The notes under the pieces were generated by a model, which saw only the letters and a list, made by a program, of their open reading frames with translations, was not told the DNA's origin and did not search any database. Of a DNA stretch of 64,000 bases, positions 19,144 through 29,566 are shown piece by piece. Origin of the DNA: Candidatus Nanohaloarchaea archaeon (GTDB taxonomy: Archaea > Nanohalarchaeota > Nanosalinia > Nanosalinales > Nanosalinaceae). Where the stretch lies: assembly GCA_041640035.1 (NCBI GenBank), contig JBEQBC010000001.1, forward strand, positions 32,001-96,000. Reading direction: 5' to 3'. The stretch's first letter is position 1. Every line of letters starts with the position of its first letter. The position numbers were made by a program, and so were the translations under genes.

Positions 19144-20955
19144 TTACCTGTCTCCTCCGAATGGAGTGTATTTCCGTCCGCCTCCGTTGTAGAAAGTGTC
19201 AAACATCTCTACATAGTGGAGTCGGATTCCCTGGAGGAAACCTTCCATGATTTTGATGAAAGTATTGAATACATGCCCGACCATCAGCAGTGCTACTCCT
19301 GCTACCAGTCCGACTGCTGATCCTGAAACCAGCAGAGGGTGAGCGATTCCGTTCACTACTTTTGCAAGCACTACTGCGGCTACTGAGACTCCGAAGATTC
19401 GGAAGTAGGATAGGATGCTTGAGATCAGGGAAGGTATCTCTACTATTCCCTGGACTCCTTCTCCTTTCAGTAGCATTCCGAAGGCCAGTAGGCCTACTGC
19501 TGCTCCTGCTGGGATGTTGACGAATAGACCGACTAGTACCGCTGCCTGCAGCAGAATCCAGCTGAACTTTTCGAGGATTGCTGCTAGAGCTCCATGTCTG
19601 ATGTATTCGTTGTATGCTCCGAGCAGGAAGCCGATGTTTACATGGACTGCTCCGATCAGTGCTGAAACGTAGAATACCTGGCCCAGGTGTGTTGCTCGGT
19701 GGAATAGTACGGGTATCTGGCTGAAAATGTGCAGTCCGTACTCTGATGCCAGGATGGAGTCATGTCCGAATATTATGTATCCGAAGACATCTCCGAATGC
19801 GAGTCCGAATGCGATGGTGGCTACGGATGCGTACATCAGTGACTTGAAGATGTTCTTTGCTCCTGGGAACATCTTGTAGCCTCCGTAGAATACTGCTAGG
19901 CTTGTTATTCCGTATCCTGCGTCTCCGATCATGAATCCGAAGAAAAGTGGGAATGTAAGCATCAGTACGATTGATGGGTCAAGTTCGTTGTACTGTGGTC
20001 TTGAAACCAGGTTGGTGAGTGATTCGAAAGGTGCGACGATTCCGTTGTTTTTCTGTTTGACTGGTGGTTCTTCGTCTTCCTGTTCCTCTTCCTGAATGTG
20101 GATCTTGCCTTTTGTCAGGTTGTCAAGTCTGTTGTTCAGGTCTCCGAATCTTTCTGTTGGAACCCATCCCTTGATTATGAACGCGTGATCTGTGGTTGCG
20201 AACTTCAGAGGTACCTCGGCTTTCTCAACTTTCTCTGTGAGGAACTCCTCTGTGTTCTTCAGTTTAACATAATTATTATCTGCCAGGTTCTGGATATCTG
20301 ATTCAACATTCTTTTTCTCTTCCTCAAGCTCTCTTACATCGCTTTCCAGCTTCGAAACAACTGACTCGATGCTTCCGCTGTAATCGATTTCTGGTACGCT
20401 GAATATATCGGAGTTCGATCTTCTGATTGCGGCTTCAACTTCTTCAGTATCTCTTCTGTCGTAAACTACTGTGTTCAGGTCTCTTCCTTCGTAGAACTCT
20501 ACTGATTCTCCGTTAAGCTCTGATTCAAACTTGCTCTTGGATACATCTGTAACAATTGTTCCGATAGTCTCTGTTCCTTCAAGGTCCTCGTAATCAAGTT
20601 CTACTCCCTGAAGTTTTCTGAAAAACTCTGCCTTTTCCTCTAGATTTTCCTTTTCTGATCTGAGCCGGTCTTCCTTTCCTCTGAACTCTTCCAGCTTTCT
20701 GGATATCTCTTTTACCTTTTTTTCGAGGCTTTCCAGAGGGATGCTGGTTTCGATATCTGATTCTCGTTCAGGTAGTTTGGATAGAACTGATCTGATCTCT
20801 ACAAGTGTTTCGGAAAGCTGGTCACCTTCCTCGAAGGGATTACCTGTCTCCAATTCTCCTTCGTATTCGTTGATGTCCATTACGCCGGCTTCATGCAGTT
20901 CCTCGATAACATCTCGCATGTGTTTCTTCGGTCCGGTAACCGATACCTTGGACAT
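19144..20955 (-). CDS. atpI: A-type ATP synthase subunit I (a); true start may be 20970
   Basis: FFGFMIGDAGYG; LSYFRIF; IRLHYVEMF. Confidence 0.96.
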   Translation of the reverse strand: MSKVSVTGPKKHMRDVIEELHEAGVMDINEYEGELETGNPFEEGDQLSETLVEIRSVLSKLPERESDIETSIPLESLEKKVKEISRKLEEFRGKEDRLRSEKENLEEKAEFFRKLQGVELDYEDLEGTETIGTIVTDVSKSKFESELNGESVEFYEGRDLNTVVYDRRDTEEVEAAIRRSNSDIFSVPEIDYSGSIESVVSKLESDVRELEEEKKNVESDIQNLADNNYVKLKNTEEFLTEKVEKAEVPLKFATTDHAFIIKGWVPTERFGDLNNRLDNLTKGKIHIQEEEQEDEEPPVKQKNNGIVAPFESLTNLVSRPQYNELDPSIVLMLTFPLFFGFMIGDAGYGITSLAVFYGGYKMFPGAKNIFKSLMYASVATIAFGLAFGDVFGYIIFGHDSILASEYGLHIFSQIPVLFHRATHLGQVFYVSALIGAVHVNIGFLLGAYNEYIRHGALAAILEKFSWILLQAAVLVGLFVNIPAGAAVGLLAFGMLLKGEGVQGIVEIPSLISSILSYFRIFGVSVAAVVLAKVVNGIAHPLLVSGSAVGLVAGVALLMVGHVFNTFIKIMEGFLQGIRLHYVEMFDTFYNGGGRKYTPFGGDR

Positions 20956-20983
20956 CCTTTCTGGCTTTATTTTCCGTACACCT

Positions 20984-21301
20984 CTAGAAATATTCGTCTG
21001 AGAACTTTTCTGTCAGGAATTTTTTCACTTCGTCTCTGTTCTCTTCGGCACTGTCTTGCATCTCTTCAACTTCAGAATGTGCTTCTTCACTTATTTCGCT
21101 TATTTCCTCTTCAAGTTCATCTCTGAAGTCGTCAAGAGCTTCTTCCTTCATCTCGTCGGCTTCTTCTCTTGCTTCTTCGATGCGCTGTTTCTTCTCTTCG
21201 TCTGCTTTTGTTCTTATTTCTTCAGCTTCTGCCTTCGCATCTTCGATTATGGCGTCGGCATCCTTCTCAGCCTTTTGAACTTCTTTTACTACATTTGACA
21301 C
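20984..21301 (-). CDS. atpH: A-type ATP synthase subunit H (G)
   Basis: Charged all-helical protein, first gene of the atp operon, GTG start after AGGTG. Confidence 0.9.
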   Translation of the reverse strand: MSNVVKEVQKAEKDADAIIEDAKAEAEEIRTKADEEKKQRIEEAREEADEMKEEALDDFRDELEEEISEISEEAHSEVEEMQDSAEENRDEVKKFLTEKFSDEYF

Positions 21302-21448
21302 TTCAGTGCACCTACAACCAAAGTAGGTGTCTGAAAAGTTTATAAAAGCATTCTAGCGGTTATATCCGGACCTCCTTTTAAAGATTTGTGGATAGGGCTG
21401 CAGAGTAGCAGGTAAAAAACCTGCTGATAGAAATACACATAATATATT

Positions 21449-22531
21449 ATGGAAGAACGCGGATTCCAATTCGAAGCTGAAACAGGAGAAACCAAAGACG
21501 CAGAAGTCTTCTACAACCCTGCCATGAAGACCAACAGGGATATCTCAGAGATCGCAGTAAAGAAACTCTCACAGATACTGGACGACTTCCGCGTATGCGA
21601 CCTGATGTCAGCCTCAGGAATCCGAGGCCTCAGATACGCAGACTACTCAGAAGAACTATACCTAAACGACGCCAACCCGGAAGCAATCAAAACCATAGAA
21701 GAAGCGACAGAAAAATACGATGTAGACGCAGAGATCAGCAACGAAGACGCAAACATCTACCTCTCAGGTAAAAGAAACTTCTTCAACTTCATAGATATCG
21801 ATCCATTCGGAACATTCCTTCCATACATCGACTCAGCAGCAAGAGCGGCCAACCATGAATCAGCAGTAGCAGTGACAGGCACCGATAACGCAGCGCCTTC
21901 AGGAAGCTACCCCAAAGTGTGTCAAAGACATTACGGCTCCAAACCACTGAAGAATAGTTTCATGCATGAAACAGGGCTGCGTATCTACATCAAAGAAGTT
22001 TTCCGTGCATTCGCCCGGTACGACAAAGCATTCGAACCAGTAATCAGCTTCCACGAGAGACATTACAGCCGGACGATCGGGAGAGTAACGGAATCGAAGA
22101 AGAGAACGAACCGCAACCTGGAAAACATAGGATACCTTTCATACTGCCCTGAATGCGGCTGGAGAAAACTTGAAAGAAAAGAAGAATGCGTCAACTGTGG
22201 TTCAGAAACCGATATCGCAGGACCTCTCTGGACAGGAAGACTTTCCGATGCCAGATTCACCGAGGACATGGTTGATATGATGCCTGATGAGTGGGAGGAT
22301 TCAAAGGAAATTGTTGAGAAGATAAACGCGGAAGCTGAGATAAACAAGCCATACTACGATACGCACAATCTTTGCTCGATTATCGGTGTTTCGGCACCTT
22401 CTCTGGACGAAGTACTTGATGAGATTGAGGAGAAAGGTTATCCGGTCTCAAGAACTCATTTCTCACCTACCGGTTTCCGTACCACGATGCCGATCCATCA
22501 GCTTCATGAACTTCTGAAATCGAAGAGTTAA
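21449..22531 (+). CDS. trm1: tRNA (guanine26-N2)-dimethyltransferase
   Basis: VFYNPAM..NRD; SASGIRGLRY; IDIDPFGT; GPLW.G; RTHFSPTGFRT. Confidence 0.95.
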   Translation: MEERGFQFEAETGETKDAEVFYNPAMKTNRDISEIAVKKLSQILDDFRVCDLMSASGIRGLRYADYSEELYLNDANPEAIKTIEEATEKYDVDAEISNEDANIYLSGKRNFFNFIDIDPFGTFLPYIDSAARAANHESAVAVTGTDNAAPSGSYPKVCQRHYGSKPLKNSFMHETGLRIYIKEVFRAFARYDKAFEPVISFHERHYSRTIGRVTESKKRTNRNLENIGYLSYCPECGWRKLERKEECVNCGSETDIAGPLWTGRLSDARFTEDMVDMMPDEWEDSKEIVEKINAEAEINKPYYDTHNLCSIIGVSAPSLDEVLDEIEEKGYPVSRTHFSPTGFRTTMPIHQLHELLKSKS

Positions 22532-22557
22532 AAACCAGAGAAACCTAAATTTTGTAT

Positions 22558-22971
22558 ATGGCTCAGGAGGAATGGGCGAAGGTACTTGAAGCAATTTATG
22601 AGGATCAGAGATACTGGAAGATTCAGAAGTCAGAACTGGAATCAGTTTCTGATGACATGGATCTAAGCGAGGATCTTGAGTCAATTCTTGATGCGCTTCA
22701 GTCACAGGACCTGATTGAACGGGATATAGATAATGTAAAACTGACTCAGAGAGGTTTCGAGTTCATCAGCGAGAAGAAGACTCATGACGAGCAAATGTTG
22801 ACACAGAGACTTCTACTGGTCTTTGTAACTGCTCTTTCACTTGCTACGCTTGTAGATACTGTGATGAAGATTGGAACGCAGGAGAACATGTTGATGAATG
22901 CTGCTTACAGTATAGTGTTCGCTGTACTGTTTATCGTGCTTGGAATGATTGCCAAGCAGAATCTAGATTAA
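22558..22971 (+). CDS. Winged-helix-like domain plus two TM helices, hypothetical
   Basis: L...DLIE....VKLTQRG wing motif followed by two hydrophobic helices. Confidence 0.65.
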   Translation: MAQEEWAKVLEAIYEDQRYWKIQKSELESVSDDMDLSEDLESILDALQSQDLIERDIDNVKLTQRGFEFISEKKTHDEQMLTQRLLLVFVTALSLATLVDTVMKIGTQENMLMNAAYSIVFAVLFIVLGMIAKQNLD

Positions 22972-23028
22972 GTAATAGAAGTTTGAAAAATAGAATAGGG
23001 GAAAAAAGAAGAGGTAATGAGTGAGGCT

Positions 23029-24132
23029 TTAGCTGCTCTTTTCTTCGAGTTCGTCTTCAAGTCCAAGTTTCTCAGCTAGTTCCTTGTAACGGTTTCTGAT
23101 TGTGACTTCCGTTACTCCTACTACATCTGCGACTTCTCTCTGTGTACGCTTCTCGCCTTCAAGTACTGCTGCGATGTAAAGTGCTGCAGCTGCGAGTCCT
23201 GTAGGTCCTTTACCTGAGAGAAGGTCTCTTTCTCTTGCTTCCTTCAGGATCTGCCGTGCTCGTGCCTGAACTTCTCCTGAAAGCTGGAGTTTTCCAGCGA
23301 ATCTTGGTACATAGTCCTGTGGCTTGGCTGGCAGGATTCTTAGTCCGAGTTCTCGGGCTACATAACGGTATGCGCGTCCGATCTCTCGTTTCTCGATTCC
23401 TGAAGCGTCGCTGATCTCGTCAAGGGTTCGTGGAGTTCCCTGTTTTCTTGCGACAATGTAGATGATCGCCGAGATGATGGATTCCATGCTTCTTCCTCTA
23501 ACCAGTCCTTTGTCAACAGCTTTCTCATATAGTCGTGCTGTCTCTTCATGAACTGATTCTGGAAGATTCAGGTTGGAGATCATGGAGTTCAGTTCGCTGA
23601 GTGCGAATCCAAGGTTCCGGTCCTTGGATTTTGTCAGTCTCTTGTGCCATTTACGCAGTCTGTAGTACTGCGCTCTCTTGTTTCCGCTGACTTTGTAGAG
23701 TTCTCCGTCTCCTTTTCCGATTTCTGTGGAGACTCCCATGTCGTGCTTTGTGTATGTTAGTGGTTGTCCGGCACGGGCTTTCTTCTCTTTCTCTTCAGCG
23801 TTGAATGCTCTCCATTCTGCGGATTCGTCGATTCTGTTTTCGTCAATGACCATTCCACATTCGGTACAGATGAGTTCTCCTTTGGCGGAGTCCTCTTCGA
23901 AGCGCTGTGAGCCACATTCTGGACAGGTCAGTACTGTGTCTCCTTCTTCGGCTTCTTCCTGTACTACTTCATATGCTTCGTCATCTTCGTCTACTTCTTC
24001 CTCTGGAATCTCTGCTTCTTCTTGAGCCTTGCTTTTTTCCTCTTCTTGTTCTTCTTCGTCTTCTTCCCATTCGTCAGGTACATCGTAACTGTCGAACTGT
24101 CGTCGGGGAACATGTTCAGAATTTTCTGCCAT
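23029..24132 (-). CDS. tfb: Transcription initiation factor IIB with acidic N-terminal extension
   Basis: CPECG..CTECG Zn ribbon; EWRAF B-reader; two cyclin repeats; VTEVTIRNRYKEL. Confidence 0.97.
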   Translation of the reverse strand: MAENSEHVPRRQFDSYDVPDEWEEDEEEQEEEKSKAQEEAEIPEEEVDEDDEAYEVVQEEAEEGDTVLTCPECGSQRFEEDSAKGELICTECGMVIDENRIDESAEWRAFNAEEKEKKARAGQPLTYTKHDMGVSTEIGKGDGELYKVSGNKRAQYYRLRKWHKRLTKSKDRNLGFALSELNSMISNLNLPESVHEETARLYEKAVDKGLVRGRSMESIISAIIYIVARKQGTPRTLDEISDASGIEKREIGRAYRYVARELGLRILPAKPQDYVPRFAGKLQLSGEVQARARQILKEARERDLLSGKGPTGLAAAALYIAAVLEGEKRTQREVADVVGVTEVTIRNRYKELAEKLGLEDELEEKSS

Positions 24133-24218
24133 TATAAATTTTACACCTAGATATGGATTAATCCCCCGCAATTTTTATATATGTTTCCCCGAGTGGGTTT
24201 ATCAAGCAGTAACAACAA

Positions 24219-24671
24219 CTAGACTGGTTTTCTCTCGATATTTGAAGAACCACAGGTACCACATTTACTTCCTGAAACACTGCTACCGCAGTCAACACAT
24301 TTTACCTCCCACTCCATCTTCTCATCAACCTCATCCTCCATGAAACCCTGGAAACCTACATCAAGCCAGAGACATAGATTCTGAACCGCTTTATCATCGC
24401 TTACAACTCTTCCACCGCGTTCAAGCGCCAGAGCCACGATGCTTTCATCCGGTTCACTGGTCGGAGAACTGATTTCTTTACTTCGTTCTCTTACCTTCTC
24501 CATTTCTTCATCAGATGCAGGTACCACATCGATATCTCGGTTCTCGTAGATATTCTGAGAGCTCTGTGACCGAAGCTCCTCAGCTACTTCGGGTGTTGTA
24601 ATGTACTCTCCACGAGGCAGGTTTCCACGGCCCCGCATCAAAGTGTTAGCATCCAGTACTAGTTCTGTCAC
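24219..24671 (-). CDS. nob1: Nob1-type PIN endonuclease
   Basis: VLDAN; S..D..IVALA; SDD.AVQN; C-terminal CxxC/CxxC. Confidence 0.9.
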   Translation of the reverse strand: MTELVLDANTLMRGRGNLPRGEYITTPEVAEELRSQSSQNIYENRDIDVVPASDEEMEKVRERSKEISSPTSEPDESIVALALERGGRVVSDDKAVQNLCLWLDVGFQGFMEDEVDEKMEWEVKCVDCGSSVSGSKCGTCGSSNIERKPV

Positions 24672-24740
24672 CGGTAGTTACAGTTGGTAAACCAATTATT
24701 ATTAAAAAGTGGTCAGGTACTCAATTAATGTGATTTAACA

Positions 24741-24938
24741 ATGACACTACCAAACGCACCAGTCGAACGAATTATCAGAAACGCAGGAGCAGAAAGAGTA
24801 TCAAAAGAAGCAGTAGAAGAACTAAGAGAAGCTGTAGAAGAAGCAGGTTCCGACATCGCAGCTGACGCAGTAGACATGGCAGACCACGCCGGAAGAAACA
24901 CAGTCACACGCGAAGATGTAGAAATGGCTACTCAGTGA
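24741..24938 (+). CDS. Archaeal histone
   Basis: [19 protein letters not shown]...[12 protein letters not shown]. Confidence 0.97.
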   Translation: MTLPNAPVERIIRNAGAERVSKEAVEELREAVEEAGSDIAADAVDMADHAGRNTVTREDVEMATQ

Positions 24939-24944
24939 TCCACA

Positions 24945-25328
24945 ATGCCGACACAGATGGAAGCATCCAAGGTAAGAGAAGGCTCATACATCATGATCGA
25001 TGGCGAGCCATGCGTAGTAAGAGGAAAGTCCAAATCAAGTCCTGGTAAGCACGGATCCGCAAAGATCAAGATCAAGGCACGCGGAGTATTCGACGACAAA
25101 GACCGACACATCACCAAGCCAGGAGACACCATGCTGATGAGTCCTGATGTCGACAAGAAGATCGGCCAGGTAGTTTCCAGAGACGGAAACATCGCACAGG
25201 TCATGGACATGGACAGTTACGAAACGGAAGAAATGGAGCTTCCGGACGATCTCAGCGCAGGAGAAGGCGACGAGATCGAATACTGGGTAATCGGCGACCG
25301 CAAACAGGTCAAAGGACTGAAGAACTAA
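24945..25328 (+). CDS. eif5a: Translation factor aIF5A
   Basis: KSSPGKHGSAK hypusine motif. Confidence 0.97.
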   Translation: MPTQMEASKVREGSYIMIDGEPCVVRGKSKSSPGKHGSAKIKIKARGVFDDKDRHITKPGDTMLMSPDVDKKIGQVVSRDGNIAQVMDMDSYETEEMELPDDLSAGEGDEIEYWVIGDRKQVKGLKN

Positions 25329-25432
25329 AAAACAGGTTCTTCAAACAACCCACCCATCTCTTCTTATTTCCAACTTCAACTGCTTCCTCATATCCGAAGA
25401 TTAACAAACTTCTATCCACAAAATCATTTTTT

Positions 25433-26785
25433 ATGAACTGGCAGAGACTTCGGAAAAAAGTAATAGAACAGAACTATCCTAGCGACGAAGAATTCCACGA
25501 AATAGAATCACTCTACGCCGAAATCAGCGGATACATAAAGGAACACCACGGAAAAGAAGTACATTTCGCAGGATCCGCATCACGGAAAACATGTATGAAG
25601 GGTGACAGGGACCTAGATATCTTTGTCATGTTCGATAAAGATACTTCACGCAAAGAACTAGAGGAAGAAGGCGTCAAAATAGGAAAAGATGTCTTCAAGA
25701 AATTCGATGGAAACTACCATGTCGAATACGCCGAACATCCATACACTAAGGGTCGCATCGAAGGTAAAGAAGTCGAAGTAGTTCCATGCTACGATGTACC
25801 AGCAGATAACATAAAGAGCAGCGTCGACCGTACACCACACCACAGCAAATGGAGTGAAGAAAACCTTGATGAGGAGCAACGCAAAGATGTCGTAGTCCTG
25901 AAGAAGTTCCTCTCAGTGAAAGGTCTTTACGGCTCTTCACTGAAAGTAAGAGGTTTTTCAGGATACCTCTGTGAAATACTGATACACAAGTACGGTGGAT
26001 TCAAAGAACTACTGGAGAACGCATCCGACTGGCCAGAAAAGAAATTGATCGATCCTGAAAACCGCCACGAAGAAGGTTTACCGGAAGAATTACAGGACAA
26101 GTTCTCACCGGACAACCTAGTGGTTATCGATCCTGTAGACAGCGAGAGAAATGTCGCAGCAGTGATGACCGGTGAAAAGTACTCCGAATTCATATACGAA
26201 GCTATATCCTTCCTAGATGATCTCGGGATGCATCACTTCAGGACGGAGGAAAAAGAGTATACTAACCTGGATATCAAGAACGAAATTGATAGAAGACACA
26301 ACTTCACGGTAATCGAGATGGAAGCTCCGGAAGAAGTGGATGACATACTTTATCCGCAACTGAGAAAAGCTGAGAGAAGATTGAACCAGCTTCTGGAGAA
26401 AGAAGACTTCAATGTTTATAGCTCCGGCTTCCACACAGATGAAAAGATCAGGATGTTTTTCGAGACCGATGGTAAACTACCTGAGACCAGTTTCGTTCAG
26501 GGACCTAAGCTTTTCCACGGAAAAGACCATGTCAAACAGTTCGAAAACAAGTACGAAAACACATTTGTAGAAGGTGAAAGACTGGTCGCGAAGACTGATA
26601 GAGAGTATCTCAGGCCTAAAGAAGTCCTTGCTGACCTGCCAAAGGACAGAAAGAAACTGGAGGAACAGGGTATACCGGATGATGTGGCGCGTAAGTTCGA
26701 TGATAGACGGTTCCGTGATCCTGTCCTGGATGACCAAAAATGGTTAAACTTTCTCGGCGAAGAACTACATGTGAACGAGAAATGA
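25433..26785 (+). CDS. cca: Class I CCA-adding enzyme
   Basis: GS..RKT...GDRDLDIF; YAEHPY; SSVDRTPHH; GFSGYLCE; DPVD..RNVAA. Confidence 0.96.
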   Translation: MNWQRLRKKVIEQNYPSDEEFHEIESLYAEISGYIKEHHGKEVHFAGSASRKTCMKGDRDLDIFVMFDKDTSRKELEEEGVKIGKDVFKKFDGNYHVEYAEHPYTKGRIEGKEVEVVPCYDVPADNIKSSVDRTPHHSKWSEENLDEEQRKDVVVLKKFLSVKGLYGSSLKVRGFSGYLCEILIHKYGGFKELLENASDWPEKKLIDPENRHEEGLPEELQDKFSPDNLVVIDPVDSERNVAAVMTGEKYSEFIYEAISFLDDLGMHHFRTEEKEYTNLDIKNEIDRRHNFTVIEMEAPEEVDDILYPQLRKAERRLNQLLEKEDFNVYSSGFHTDEKIRMFFETDGKLPETSFVQGPKLFHGKDHVKQFENKYENTFVEGERLVAKTDREYLRPKEVLADLPKDRKKLEEQGIPDDVARKFDDRRFRDPVLDDQKWLNFLGEELHVNEK

Positions 26786-27348
26786 CAGTAAACATTGTCG
26801 TAGGACTTTCAGGAGTTGGAAAAGGAACAGTACTAGAGGAAGCAATGCTTCTATCCGAAACAGAATACAAAATCATCAACTACGGAGACAAAATGCTGGA
26901 GATCGCCAAAGATAGAGACCTGGTCGAGAAAAGAGACGAGATGAAGAACATCGATGTAGAAACATACAAAGATATCCAGAAAGAGGCAGCAGAACAGATC
27001 TTCGAGGAATCAGAGGACCAAGATGTAATCGTAGATACACACGCAGCAATCAAATCACCTTTCGGCTATATCCCAGGACTACCAAAATGGTCAATCGAGA
27101 ACCTTCAGCCAGAAAAGATTATCATTTTAGATGCCTCTGCAGAAGAAATTATCTCAAGAAGAGAGGGAGACAGTAAGAGAGATAGAAAAATGGAATCCGT
27201 TGAATCTATTCAGGAGTACAGAGAAGTTGCAAGAGAGATGGCCTCAACCGGCTCAGTTCTAACCGGAGCATATCTGAAAGTGATTGAAAATAAGTCGGGT
27301 AGAGCCGAGGCAGCGGCTGAAGAACTTATCGAAACATTGGAGGCATAA
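26782..27348 (+). CDS. adkA: Archaeal adenylate kinase
   Basis: GLSGVGKGT; NYGD.M; VDTHA....GYIPGLP; ATG at 26782 overlaps cca stop. Confidence 0.93.
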   Translation: MTVNIVVGLSGVGKGTVLEEAMLLSETEYKIINYGDKMLEIAKDRDLVEKRDEMKNIDVETYKDIQKEAAEQIFEESEDQDVIVDTHAAIKSPFGYIPGLPKWSIENLQPEKIIILDASAEEIISRREGDSKRDRKMESVESIQEYREVAREMASTGSVLTGAYLKVIENKSGRAEAAAEELIETLEA

Positions 27349-27464
27349 ACCTCCAAACACACTTTTTCTTTGTTACTTAGAAGAAACAAAAACACTTGTT
27401 ATTGTTTCTAACCGTTCTAGAATTCATCAAAAGGTTAATAAGACTTAGAATCAGGTTCTCAAAT

Positions 27465-27746
27465 ATGGCGAGCCTCTGGGACATAGGAAAGAGTTCTGAA
27501 GAGAAGCTCGCTGATGAATGGGAGGACAATGGAGTCCTTGAAGACAAGGTAAGTCAACACCGACACAAGTTCGAGGACAGGTTCCAACAAAACATGGATG
27601 AAGATGTTCCAACACATCCCTACAAAATTTACAGGGAGATAGTAGAAAACAACGAACTAAGCGATGAAGAAAAGATCGCACTGGAACAAATGAAAGACGA
27701 ATTCGCAGAGGAATGGCAATCACTTAAGCAAACACATTCCAACTAG
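27465..27746 (+). CDS. Hypothetical acidic protein
   Basis: ATG at 27465; host-like codon use. Confidence 0.65.
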   Translation: MASLWDIGKSSEEKLADEWEDNGVLEDKVSQHRHKFEDRFQQNMDEDVPTHPYKIYREIVENNELSDEEKIALEQMKDEFAEEWQSLKQTHSN

Positions 27747-27918
27747 AACAATTGTCCGTTCATCAGTTGAGCTGGGAGGGGAGGCTCAGACCTAGTACGA
27801 TACTTTTACAACCCATCCTCTTCCCCCTTTTATTTTTGTTTTCAGAAGCTAGAAACGACTCGTCCACATTCCGTGTCCAAACAACTCCCTCCCACCAATT
27901 CTCCACCACAAAATAATT

Positions 27919-29493
27919 CTAGTCTAGGTACTTCACCATGTAAGGACCTTCACGCTCATAACCGAACTTACGGTAATACTCACGAGTCCCTACTGCCGAA
28001 ATCACGACAACTTTCTCTCTACCAAGCTCTTCAGCCTTCTCCTCAGCAGCCTTCATCAAACGCTTACCGAAGCCCTGATGCTGTACATCTCCTTCACTGC
28101 CGATATCAGTAGCAGAGCCCATAACCTTCAACTGCCTTACAATCAAAGTATCGTCATCTATCTCTTCTCTATGGCTTTCAGGCGGAGCTCTCAACCGGGT
28201 GAAACCCATTATAATATCTTTCTCAACATCTTCAAAGCTGAGGAAGAACTCTTTGCCCTCTGAAGCATCGTAAACACGCTCCAGAAGCTCCGGTTCATCA
28301 GGAACCAGGTCATGTGTTCTCTCGACATGTCCTACTTCACGGCACCGGATACATCTACATCTCTCATCCTCGCTGTGAAGCTCCTGTAAAGCCATCTGCC
28401 GCATATTCGTCAACTGAGGGCCGGCATCTACCTCTGTACTCGGTATGTCTCGCATCACGCGCTTAACCCTTACATGAGGAGGGATAATATCTTTCTGCGC
28501 CTTCTTCAAACGCTCCTTCGCTTCCTCATCGGTGATTGGTTTGAAATCTCCTTCCTCATATCTTCTATGCAGCTCTGTCCCCTCAATTACCTCACAGGGA
28601 TAGATCTTGATCTCGTCTGGCTGATAATCGCTGTTTGAAAATACTTCTTTGAACTTCTCAATATCTTTTTCATAGTCTTCTCCAGGTAGTCCAAGCATCA
28701 GGTGGTATGCAACCTTGAAACCTGCGTTCTTCAAACGCTTGGTGGCCTCAATAACGGGACCCATGCCATGACCTCTGTTAGTAATCTCATGAGTCTCATC
28801 GAAAACGGTTTGGACTCCCATCTCTACACGCGTACCGCCCATATCAAGTATCCTATCGATATGCTTAGTTTCTGCAATATCAGGCCTAGTTTCGAATGTT
28901 ACTCCTACATTTCGCACATCAGCGGTCTCGTTCTGTACCTGAGCCTCTTCAAGGCTCTCAGCTTCTTCGCCATCCTCGTAAGTATTCAAGCCATCAAAGG
29001 CTTTCTTCAGAAATGCTTCCTGGTAATCTGGATCTTGGAACGGAAAAGTTCCTCCCATGATAATTAATTTGGATTTATCGATGCTATGCCCGTTTCTCTC
29101 GTACTGTCCAAGCCTGTCATGAACTTGCTCGAACGGGTCGTAATCATTTCTTATCGCTCTTCGGGTTGCTGGCTCCTTACCTGTGTAACTCTGTGGAGCA
29201 TCCTTTCCTTTCGGGCAGTATATACATCCGCCTCCACATGCAGCTGGGCGTGCCATGATCGCAACATTCGCAATACCTGAGATGGTACGCATTGGCTTGG
29301 TCTTCAAGACTTTTTGCGCTCTTTTCTCGTCTTCCTCTGCGAATTGCAGGAGGTCTGCGTTTTTCGGAAGGCCGTCGAAACCTACTTCTCCGGCTAGCTG
29401 CTTCTTCTTGGTCTCAACATCGTCCTTGTCTTCTATCTCTTCAGATTCTATATCTTCGATTATCTCTCTGGCGATGTACTCTAGATCAGACAT
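27919..29493 (-). CDS. elp3: Elp3 tRNA U34 carboxymethyltransferase (radical SAM + GNAT)
   Basis: C...CIYCP; PQSYTG.EPA; MGGTF; ETRPD; QHQGFGKRL; GTREYYRKFGY. Confidence 0.96.
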   Translation of the reverse strand: MSDLEYIAREIIEDIESEEIEDKDDVETKKKQLAGEVGFDGLPKNADLLQFAEEDEKRAQKVLKTKPMRTISGIANVAIMARPAACGGGCIYCPKGKDAPQSYTGKEPATRRAIRNDYDPFEQVHDRLGQYERNGHSIDKSKLIIMGGTFPFQDPDYQEAFLKKAFDGLNTYEDGEEAESLEEAQVQNETADVRNVGVTFETRPDIAETKHIDRILDMGGTRVEMGVQTVFDETHEITNRGHGMGPVIEATKRLKNAGFKVAYHLMLGLPGEDYEKDIEKFKEVFSNSDYQPDEIKIYPCEVIEGTELHRRYEEGDFKPITDEEAKERLKKAQKDIIPPHVRVKRVMRDIPSTEVDAGPQLTNMRQMALQELHSEDERCRCIRCREVGHVERTHDLVPDEPELLERVYDASEGKEFFLSFEDVEKDIIMGFTRLRAPPESHREEIDDDTLIVRQLKVMGSATDIGSEGDVQHQGFGKRLMKAAEEKAEELGREKVVVISAVGTREYYRKFGYEREGPYMVKYLD

Positions 29494-29566
29494 GTTTCTG
29501 TAAAGCCCTCCATTTTACCGGATGTAGCTGAAAAGTTAAAAAGAGAAGCAGCGCCATCAATTTAAT

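Noticed and set aside
13256-21298. Many Ser/Phe/Leu-rich antisense ORFs in the ORF track (here and across the window)
   Set aside because: Shadows of GAA/GAC-rich acidic genes on the opposite strand
27768-27830. TGAGC/GCTCA hairpin with G-rich loop and possible pairing to a downstream C/T tract
   Set aside because: Only a 5-bp stem; similar pyrimidine tracts follow many genes as ordinary terminators
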